In this document: positions 54,591-64,000 of the stretch, piece by piece
Numbering within the stretch: the stretch's first letter is position 1
Layout: each line of letters begins with the position of its first letter
Assembly (NCBI GenBank): GCA_951406725.2
Contig: OX597831.1
Location: 83,824,001 to 83,888,000, forward strand
DNA: 64,000 bases
From: Octopus vulgaris
Taxonomy: Eukaryota
Reading direction: 5' to 3'
Made by a program: the position numbers and the translations under genes
Notes under the pieces: generated by a model
The model's database searches: none
Told to the model about the DNA's origin: nothing
What the model saw: only the letters and a program-made list of their open reading frames with translations

Positions 54591-55068
54591 TGTGTGTGTG
54601 TATGTGTGTGTGTGTTTAAATGAGTGTGAGTGTAGGAAGAATGAGTTCTCGTCCCCTGTTTGTCACTAGGGTAACTGCATCCTCAGCATTTCGAATGATA
54701 ACCGTGATTTCAATGTCATTGAAAGTTACACCCGGTCCATCTACAATGGGTTAATTAAATTCTATTTATACGAAATGCATATATTTCATTGGGATTTTAG
54801 ATTTTTTCCGTTCTAAAATTTATGCTAATCGCTTACAAAGTAACAGGACACTTTTATTTAAGTCAAAACTGCTCTTGAGGTTTGTAGTTATCAGAATTCG
54901 ATTATGCCTGCAAATATGTGTGTATGTGCTGTAAATATGCGCGTACATGTGGGTAAACTTGCCCTTCTGTAGTGAGTGTGCATGTCCCGTTAGTATACAA
55001 GTCTGCGAGCTCTGTTGTACTTTATGTATGTACGTGTGTATATATATATATATGTATTTTATACGAAA

Positions 55069-55411
55069 ACTAGCATTATGACCCGGCAGCATATACAGCT
55101 GAGTGCGTGCGCACATGCACGCGAGTACTGTGCAAATCTCCGACCAATCACATACAGCTAGCTGGCATTCAATTGGTGTATCAAGATTGGGCATTTTGAT
55201 TGGGTTTTGGATAGAAAATTCACAAAAAAGTCACTTCTATTTATTTTTTAATGGCTTTGCGGGGTGACTGGGGAAATGTAAAGATTTGCTCGACTACCCT
55301 TGGACGGTTTTGAATGACCATAGAAAGTGCAAGCCCTCTAACTGAAAAATTGTGGATTTGTATAAAGGACACACATACAGACAGACATTTTGCCTTTTAT
55401 ATATAGAGAGA
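55069..55411 (-). mobile_element. Copy of the 17472-17822 Helitron-like element
   Basis: Collinear, highly similar sequence with the same TC...CTAG termini. Confidence 0.8.
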
Positions 55412-55574
55412 TAGGACCGTGTGCATATGTTCATCCAACAAATTCAAATGGAGAATCCCTTGAATGTTTTACACATTTTCGCTCTGTCAGGAATCGATTG
55501 TATCTGAAGAATATGAATCAGTCTGTTCTGTTCTTTTTGGAGAACACAAACATTCCTATTTTTATATGCAGATC

Positions 55575-55800
55575 TTATTTCTTTATTGCCCACAAAGGGC
55601 TAAACATAGAGGGGACAAAGAAGGAGACACAAACGGATTAAGTCGAATCACATCGACCCCAGTGCGTAACTGGTTCTAAATTTATCGACCCCGAAAAGAT
55701 GAAAAGTAAAGTCGACCTCGGCGGAATTTGAACTCAGAACGTAACGGCAGACGAAATACTGCTAAGCATTTCGCCCGGCGTGCTAACGTTTCTGCCAGCA
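55575..55800 (-). mobile_element. SINE family C monomer
   Basis: Matches the consensus. Confidence 0.87.
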
Positions 55801-55997
55801 TATCACCATCATTTTTTATATTTTTATATGCAGGTCTGTTGTTACGTAACCCCATGAAGCTATGAGGATAGGTTATTCTGGAGAAGTAGAGTCTCGCTAT
55901 CAAATGTGTAGGTTTCTCATCAGTTCTCCATAAATGTTCCCTTTTCCCCACAATTTTTGAATGACAAACGTATTCGCTGGCGAGCTAATGTGTACGA

Positions 55998-56372
55998 CAG
56001 TGCTTAACTGTCATTCGTATGTATGCATGTATGTATGTGTGTATGTATGCATGTATGTATGTATGTTTGTATGTATGTTATGTATGTATGTATGTATGTA
56101 TGTATGTATGTGTGTATGTGTGTATGCATGCATGCATCTGTGTATGCATGCATGTATGTATGTATGTATGTATGTATGTATGTATGTATGTATGTATGTA
56201 TGTATGTATGTATGTATGTATGCATGTATGTATGTTTGTATGTATGTGTATGTATGTGTGTATGTATGTATGTGTTTATGTGTGTATGCATGCATGCATC
56301 TGTGTATGCATGCATGTATGTATGTATGTATGTATGTATGTATATTTATGTATGTACGTACGTATATATGCA
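55998..56372. repeat. (ATGT)n microsatellite with higher-order duplication
   Basis: Read directly; the block tgtgtatgcatgcatgcatctgtgtatgcatgc occurs twice. Confidence 0.95.
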
Positions 56373-56464
56373 TCTATGTAAACTGGAGCAACGTGAAATA
56401 AAGTTTCTTGCTCAAAGACACAACGCACCGCCAAATACCCTAACCACTAAGCCACGCACTTTCT

Positions 56465-56780
56465 CGCATGGTTTAGTGGTTAGTGTATTTGGTTCGCGTT
56501 CGTAAGACCGTGAGTTCGATTCCTGATGCGCGCTGCTTCCTTGAGCAACACACTTTATTTCACGTTGCTCCAGACCACCCAGCTGGCAAAAATAAGTTCT
56601 ATTTGTATTTCAAAGGGCTAGCCTTGTCACATTTTGTGACAGGCTAAATTTCCCCCGAGAACTACGTTAAGGGTACACGTGCCTGTGGGGTGCTCAGCCA
56701 CTTGTACGTTAATTTCATGAGTAGATTGTTCTGTTGATTCGATCAACTGGAACACACATCATCGTAACCGACAGAATGCC
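56465..56780 (+). mobile_element. SINE related to 3565-3878, head-to-head with a partial inverted copy (56380-56458)
   Basis: A/B boxes plus a cttgagcaa.acactttatttcacgttgctccag core. Confidence 0.8.
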
Positions 56781-56879
56781 AATTATATGTACGTATGTAG
56801 CTGTGTGTATGTATGACATGACTGCATCCGTCCTTGACGCACCGTTCAATCAATCATGCATTTCATTGGTTTATTAATT

Positions 56880-57270
56880 CTTTTACTCTTTTACTCTTTT
56901 ATTTGTTTCAGTCATCTGACTGCGGCCATGCTGAAGCATCGCCTTTAGTCGAGCAATTCGACCCCAGGACTTATTCTATCGGTCTCTTTTGCCGAACCGC
57001 CAAGTTACGGGGACATAAACACACCAGCATCGGCTGTCAAGCGATGTTGTGGGGACAAACACAGACATACAAACACACACACATATATATATACATATAC
57101 ATATATACGACGGGCTTCTTTCAGTTTCCGTCTGCCAAATCCACTCACAATGCTTTGGTCGGCCCGAGGCTATAGTAGAAGACACTTGCCCAAGGTGCCA
57201 TGCAGTGGGACTGAACCCGGAACCTTGTGGTTGGTAAGCAAACTACTTACCACACAGCCACTACTGCGCC
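56880..57270 (-). mobile_element. SINE family A, full length
   Basis: Reverse complement of family A. Confidence 0.88.
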
Positions 57271-57716
57271 TAAACCTTCTTGAAGCCATAAATTGCCCGT
57301 TCATTCATTGTGAATATTACACATATGCAACAATGAATTACCTCGTCTTCCATTGCTTCAACCTCTCAAAAGGTTTAATTTAGGCAAGAGTACTTGTACC
57401 TCTCTTGTTCCATACGAGGATGCGTTCCCTGTTGGGGTGTCATGTGGATAAAATTACTCTCTTCATTGATCGCCAGTCGACGAACAGAAGAACTTTGGAT
57501 ATTTTCTTCTGTTTTCTAAATTTCTTGCTCTCAAATTTATTTATTTATTTAGTTAGTTGCTTATTCATTTGTTAGGGTAGTCGATTGGTCATCATGAAAT
57601 TTAACGGCGAAATATCATATAGGTATAATCACGTTTATATATAAACTTAGATAAACTTAGATATGTTTCGACCAATGATTGGTCCAGGCCATGTATAACT
57701 TAATAGCACCACCTGA

Positions 57717-57764
<48 letters not shown>

Positions 57765-57816
57765 TGACACACACACATACACACACACTCACATATACAC
57801 ACATATATATATACAT

Positions 57817-57860
<44 letters not shown>

Positions 57861-57892
57861 TTTATTTTAAGCAGCAGAAAATTCAACAAAAT

Positions 57893-57930
57893 CTGTTACT
57901 CTGAGTTTCTCGTTGCTGTTCATCAGACAG
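57893..57930 (-). ncRNA. Minimal hammerhead ribozyme motif with eroded stem II
   Basis: CTGT-CTGATGA-ACAGCAACGA-GAAA-CTC a GAG-TA-ACAG. The core and stems I and III are intact; stem II is mismatched. Confidence 0.65.
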
Positions 57931-58339
57931 TTTTTGCTAGAATGGAACATATATATTAATTCAATCTATACTCTTACAAACGCTACACCTTTAAAAAGAA
58001 ATGGACTTGTTTGATTGGCCCTTTAGAAAAAACGGTCAATCTTCGAGCGATAAACAAAAAGGTCAAAAATATATGTATATATATATAAAAAACTTATAAA
58101 AATTATAAAATCCGAGGAAAAAACCTATTGCCGTTAATGAAGACAGTACAAATTAATGCATAGAAATTAAACCTGTTATAAATACTGCAATACATATTTA
58201 TATTAAAATCCACATATATATATCAACATACACAAAAGGATGCGCGTAAACGCCATACATACATATACAGACGTATGAATATGAATCTAAATTATACACA
58301 TAAAAGCATAAAAGCACATAAATCTAAATTATACACATC

Positions 58340-58370
<31 letters not shown>

Positions 58371-58468
58371 TGACACACACACATACACACACACTCACAT
58401 ATACACATATATATATACATACACACACACATATATATATATATATGTAAATACACACACACACACAC

Positions 58469-58515
<47 letters not shown>

Positions 58516-58555
58516 AATGAGTATATCTGCATATATATGTGCACACCCAGTCATG

Positions 58556-58595
<40 letters not shown>

Positions 58596-58742
58596 CACTC
58601 ATGCATATATATGCATGTGTATATGCGTGTGTGTAGGTGTGTTGTACAAACACACCCTATTGCTGAACAAAAGTTGGAACAGCTTTGATCATGAGTCAGG
58701 TCTAAACCTAGGAACTGTACCACCACCACCACCACCACCACC

Positions 58743-58793
<51 letters not shown>

Positions 58794-59811
58794 GCTACTG
58801 CTGCTGCTGCTGCTGCTGCTGCGAAAAATATTTTAATAATCTATGTTGTCAGGATTAAATTGGAATACATTTAAGATGTTTTGCAGCTTAAGACGGATTC
58901 ATCAAATTCCTCTCTTACAATTGCTTTCCTGGGGGATTAATTTTTAATCGGAATATGTGCCATTTTGATTTTTTTTTCTGTTCTGGCATTGTTAAAGTTG
59001 CCTGTTTTTGTCGTTGTTTTTTTGTTGATATTGATGTTGTTGTCGTTGTTGTTGTTGATGAAGCTGTTGTTGTCGTTGTTTGTGTTGTTGGCTTTGTCGT
59101 CATCGTAGTAGTCATCGTTGTCGTCATGGTTATCGTTCTTATTTTGATTCTAGGCAGTTCAATCGAAGCAAAAGTATTTAGAGACCAAAACATATCCTGC
59201 CATGACCCTCTCATCTTATTCGACGGCAAAAGTGTGCCACAGACAACTCTATCTAATCTTATCCTTTGCGACGAAATATAGCATGATTTGAGGAAGATTC
59301 GACTACCATTTCAAACCCAGGCCCTTTCATGCGGCTACAACCACTTGCACTGTAGGTGTAGTTGTTATTAATGCCATCTTTATCTCAGCAGATCAACAAC
59401 TAAAAATGTCCCAACCGCGACCATCCCACCTCTTATACGGATATAGCGTAACTGGGTCCTTCTTTTTTTATGTTCAACCCCCGGCTAGACCTCTTCAGTA
59501 CCATGTACTCAAAGAGGATCCATCTGTACCCAAACAATTTTTTTCATATTAACACATCAAGGACTTCAACTTTTTAATGACCTTCCAAGTCAGTCTTAAT
59601 CCAGCTGCGCTGCAATCAAAGACATTCCAAACATGACTATCAAGTCTGTTATTCTCGAATTACAAGAACTACATTATCTAATGTATGCTCATGACTTTGT
59701 TTTTTGTTTTCTTTTTAGTCTCCCTGGTTTATCAAATTTATAATCAGGGATGTTCCTTCCATAGCCATCCCAACATTTATCCCAACATTGTGTAGTTAAG
59801 ACTATATTTAA

Positions 59812-60047
59812 TACCTATTTCTTTATTACCCACAAGGGGCTAAACAGAGAGGGGACAAATAAGGACGGACAAATGGACTAAGTCGATTAGATCGACCCCA
59901 GTGCGTAACTGGTACTTAATTTATCGACCCCGAAAGGATGAAAGGCAAAGTCGACCTCGACGGAATTTGAACTCAGAACGTAACGGCAGACGAAATACGG
60001 CTACGCATTTCGCCCGGCGTGTTAACGTTTCTGCCTGCTCGGCGCCG
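59812..60047 (-). mobile_element. SINE family C monomer
   Basis: Matches the consensus; tatatttaatac occurs on both sides (TSD). Confidence 0.9.
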
Positions 60048-60084
60048 TAATATATATTTAATACAGTTTGAGGTGCTTCCTTGT

Positions 60085-60378
60085 AAGCGCATGGCTCAGT
60101 GGTTAGAGCATCGGGCTCATAATCATGTGGTAGTGAGTTCGATTCTCAGACCGAGCTGTGTGTTGTGTTCTTGAGCAAGACACATTATTTCACGTTTGCT
60201 ACAGTTCACTCAGCTGTAGAAAGCCTTTGCCTTTCTCTTGGATAACATCGGAAAGGGGTGGTTGGTATGCATGGGTGACTGCTGGTCTTCCACAAACATT
60301 ACCCGGACTCATGCCTCGGAGGGAAACTTTCTAGGTTCAATCCCATGGTCATTAATGACCGAACAGGTCTTTACCTTT
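60085..60378 (+). mobile_element. tRNA-derived SINE with TSD gtgcttccttgtaag
   Basis: A box tggctcagtggttagagc and B box gagttcgattctc; a 15-bp direct repeat lies at 60073 and 60380. Confidence 0.85.
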
Positions 60379-60432
60379 TGTGCTTCCTTGTAAGTGCGTC
60401 GGTCAAAATGCCTTGCGGTATTGACTTGCAGT

Positions 60433-60662
60433 AGGCGGCGAGCTGGCAGAAACGTTAGCACGCCGGGTGAAATGCGTAGCTGTATTTCATCTGCCGTTAC
60501 GTTCTGAGTTCAAATTCCGCCGAGGTCGACTTTGCCTTTCATCCTTTCGGGGTCGATTAAATAAGTACCAGTTACGCACTGGGGTCGATATAATCGACTT
60601 AATCCGTTTGTCTGTCCCTGTTTGTCCCCTCTGTGTTTGGCCCCTTGTGGGTAGTAAAGAAA
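60433..60662 (+). mobile_element. SINE family C monomer
   Basis: Matches the consensus. Confidence 0.9.
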
Positions 60663-61247
60663 TATATATTATTACAACGGCCTCTGCTCCACGGAGGAGC
60701 TAATTTCGCGTCTCGAACACTCAGATACTCCGACTCATTCATCTCGTCTCTCCTCACACATGTAATGCTCAACTTTCAAAGGCTCGCACTAACTTCTGCA
60801 TCCAAACATCCCTTTCCTAGGAGCATCCGCTCTCTAAAATCCTTTCTCCTTTTTTTCTTTATCATCTCTCTGCACATGTCTCTCCTGCGGGTGTTAACTT
60901 AAGTGGAATAATAACAGCATCAGTTTCGGCAGTCTTAGAGGGTCTGCGAAGGATTTGGGTACTTCGTATTCCAATGGACATAGTAAAAAATGGAAAATAA
61001 AAAAAATACAAGAGTTCTTTTCATATTTCTTGCTAACCGGTTTTTCTCTGTATTTTAAGTGAAATATTCTTTTCGAAACGCTGAGTTAAATTAGTCGCAA
61101 GTTTCTCTAAACAGACAGTTCGTGTTAGAAAATAATTCTTCTGCAACGTGGAAATAGATAGAGAGGCAAACGTTTTTGTGAGAATCGAGTTTGGATTTAG
61201 TTTAGTGAGAATTATTAACGTCAGAAAAGTTTGAAGGTCCGTCTATT

Positions 61248-61583
61248 ACATCATAAGCGGAAAGTGTAACCTCTCGAAAGAGCTGTTCTTCACTCCTGCT
61301 CCAGAGCGTCGGCTGCGGGGTCATTCCGAAAAGCTCTACCTGCGACGATTTCATCTCAATCGAAGGAGAGGAGCTTTCTCCGTCCGGGTTGCGGATCCGT
61401 GGAACAAGCTGCCAGACGAGATGGTGAAGATGCCGACGACCGCTTTGTTCAAAGCCTCCCTGGACCTCAAGTGGCCTGAACTCTTTACATGAACACCACC
61501 CTGTACTTAACTCCATGTCCCCCTACATGGCCTTGCTATTTTCTTTTGAGCCAAATTAACTAACTAACTAACTAACTAACTAA
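61248..61583 (+). mobile_element. Second, shorter 5'-truncated copy of the (TAAC)n-tailed LINE
   Basis: Near-identical to the reverse complement of 23174-23514. Confidence 0.95.
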
Positions 61584-61913
61584 GAGCAAAACCATTTTTA
61601 AAAAATTTATTTTTGACGTCGTAATGCAACATGTCAACATTGACTTTTGTCACAAGAATTAACCCTCAAACCGTGACAATTCTATTTTGTCGTTTATTAT
61701 AATGTAAACAACATATATTGCATAGAGAGACTGTTCGCAAGTGATATCTGTTGACTTGTACAAAATGGAGTTTGTTCTTTCAATTAAAATGAAGCAATAA
61801 ACATACGTTTATAAACGCCGTACAATTTGATATGTGCACTTTCAAATCGGCTTCAACTAACCATGAAAAGATATCATTATTACGTTCTCTGAAACCATAG
61901 ATGCTACGAATCA

Positions 61914-62330
61914 GGTGCAGGAGTGGCTATGTGGTAAGTAGCTTGCTTACCAACCACATGGTTCCGGGTTCAGTCCCACTGCGTGGCATATTGGGCAAGT
62001 GTCTTCTACTATAGCCTCTGACTGAACAAAGCCTTGTGAATGGATTTGGTAGACGGAAACTGAAAGAAGCCTGTCGTATATGTATATATACATGTGTGTG
62101 TGTGTGTGTGTGTGTATCATTGTGTGTCTGTGTTTGTCCCCCCAACACCACTCGACAACCGATGCTGATGTGTTTACGTCCCTGTAACTTAGCGGTTCGG
62201 CAAAAGAGACCGATAGAATAAGTACTAGGCTTACAAAGAGTAAGTCCTAGGGTCGATTTACTCGACTAGAGGTGGTGCTCCAGCATGGCTGCAGTCAAAT
62301 GACTGAAACAAGTAAAAAAGAATAAAAGAA
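61914..62330 (+). mobile_element. SINE family A flanked by a duplicated ~33-bp sequence
   Basis: ttacgttctctgaaaccatagatgctacgaat occurs at about 61880 and 62335. Confidence 0.88.
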
Positions 62331-63169
62331 TTATTTACGTTCTCTGAAACCATAGATGCTACGAATATTATGGATGACAGGCTACAAATCCTAATAACTG
62401 AAGCTCAAATTTTATTTTGTTGCAGGCGAAAAAATCCATCGCAAGTTTGTTGCGAATCTGAGTTTATTACAACTTTTTTTTTTTTTTGTATAGGTTTAGC
62501 GGCTGAAGCATGATTTGTTAAACTAATTTTGTGAACTCGTATTTCAAAACTGTACTCTTTATGCAAAGCCTTATCGCTAGCTTATTTTGTTTCTACCGTC
62601 CAATTGAATATTGTGGATCCGTTTGGCAGTAGTTTTTAAACTTTTTTCTCTACTTTGTCCATTTGCTCATTGTATAGACATGGGAAACATGGATTTTTAG
62701 GACGCACACACTCGTAATCCTTCTCGACGACTACAAGATGTACAGATCTTTCTGTCGGACGAGATGGAGAAGATAGGTAGTGTCGCTGTAGAAAGTTTGG
62801 AGCATACTGTACGGATAATCTTCGTGGAAATGGTTAGTTAGTTGGTAGTTCCAGGACACGGAAACAGTTAAGGCAGTGCTTTCAGGCAAATGGCCATTTG
62901 TGTCTCCGATTGAGACCGACAGTCATACTTCTTCAGCTGCTAGAAGCTCGTTAGCGAAAGCATGCGATTTTTAATGGTATCTCGAGCGTACACAGGGGTT
63001 GTGCAGTTACAGACAATAAGTGGGACAATGTAAAAGCTTCGCAAACCCTATTCATGTAGTTTCAACTGTCTTTAAAGAACCGACTGAATTTCCTGAATGT
63101 TTCGTGATGGGAATGGGCAAACCAAAATGAATCATCGTGATCTTAGCTTGAGTAATTTGTTAAACATGA

Positions 63170-63560
63170 AATTAAGGTGGGGGTGTCTTAAATATTAGCT
63201 GATGGGCTACGCAGACCACAAATTTATGATTTGCTTGACCTATCGATATAAAATGCAACGACAGGAACCTGGTTACGGGGAAATGGATGCGTCTTTCTCG
63301 GCGCGGAATTTCCACAGCGATCGTATTAAGCAAACTAGATAAGCGTGAGTTGACGGAGGCGATAGACAACAACCAGAAGCGGAAGTCGTTTAAAGGAGAA
63401 CAATACATCGGACATAAAAAAAAAATTGAAGATACAAAGCACATAGTTATAAAAGGCGATTAGCAAAATGTATCGCGAAAGTTGCTCGCACAGTAAAACT
63501 GACGCCCAGCCATTTCTTCAACGCGAAATATTAAGTTTTCGTTGTCCGGAATAAGACGCA
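63170..63560. mobile_element. Possible pogo/Tigger-like DNA transposon remnant
   Basis: ccggaataagacgca and gggtgtcttaaat resemble pogo-family subterminal motifs; no intact transposase is seen. Confidence 0.3.
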
Positions 63561-64000
63561 TGTTTTAAATTCAAGAGACTGAAGGCAGTTCAATGAATCC
63601 GGACGGCGAAGCACATCAAAGCGAACAGTATGAATTTGTGTTGTTTTCAGATCTCATAATTGGATAATTTCTATTTCCAGATAATTATATTTTCTCCATC
63701 TTTTTAAACATATTTTATCAGCTGTTGAGATGGTTACGTCCATTAAGAAGTATTTCTTGTAGACAGTGTCTGCTCAGTTGGTCTTGATCTCTCTTTGTCT
63801 ATGGTAATTGGCACATTCCAAACTATGATAAAAGATGGTAAAGTCATACATCTTTTCTAGTGTACGCATAAACTCTCTTTTCTAGTCGTATTTCAAAGAG
63901 CTGCCATAACATCCAGAGCATAAAAACCTTCTTGACTATTCGCGGGTAAAAGGGGGAAATCAACATTAATTATATGGCACATGTGGTTCACCTTATCCAC

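Noticed and set aside
58915-59229. Thr-rich 104-aa ORF (mucin-like)
   Set aside because: Explained by a degenerate (ACA/ACG)n triplet repeat; no splice or domain support.

Overview
AT-rich, repeat-saturated eukaryotic DNA. The SINE/LINE repertoire and huge (TA)n/(CA)n microsatellites suggest a cephalopod, probably Octopus (inference from remembered repeat families, not a search). The only host gene I can support is the 3' end of a KDM5/lid-type histone demethylase on the minus strand. Its exons are 19201-18970, 17395-17183 and 11381-10307, with phase-consistent GT-AG junctions and the C-terminal PHD finger. The last of these exons has a +1 frame discontinuity in a (GGT)7 run, and there may be a final exon near 8.0-8.2 kb. 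The rest is transposon-derived: several tRNA-derived SINE families, CR1/L2-type, RTE-type and R4/Dong-like LINE relics, Penelope-like RT/GIY-YIG relics, Helitron-type elements, a Tc1/mariner deletion derivative and MITEs. The most striking signal missed by the ORF track is a set of 7-8 type-I hammerhead ribozyme motifs (275, 1247, 6359, 23874, 24158, 48533, 53007, 57893). Each sits in a different short non-coding cassette next to or between microsatellites, mostly (TA)n. Several share the same non-canonical core variants (a C.A or A.A mismatch at the base of stem II, a UUGA core, a palindromic stem III).
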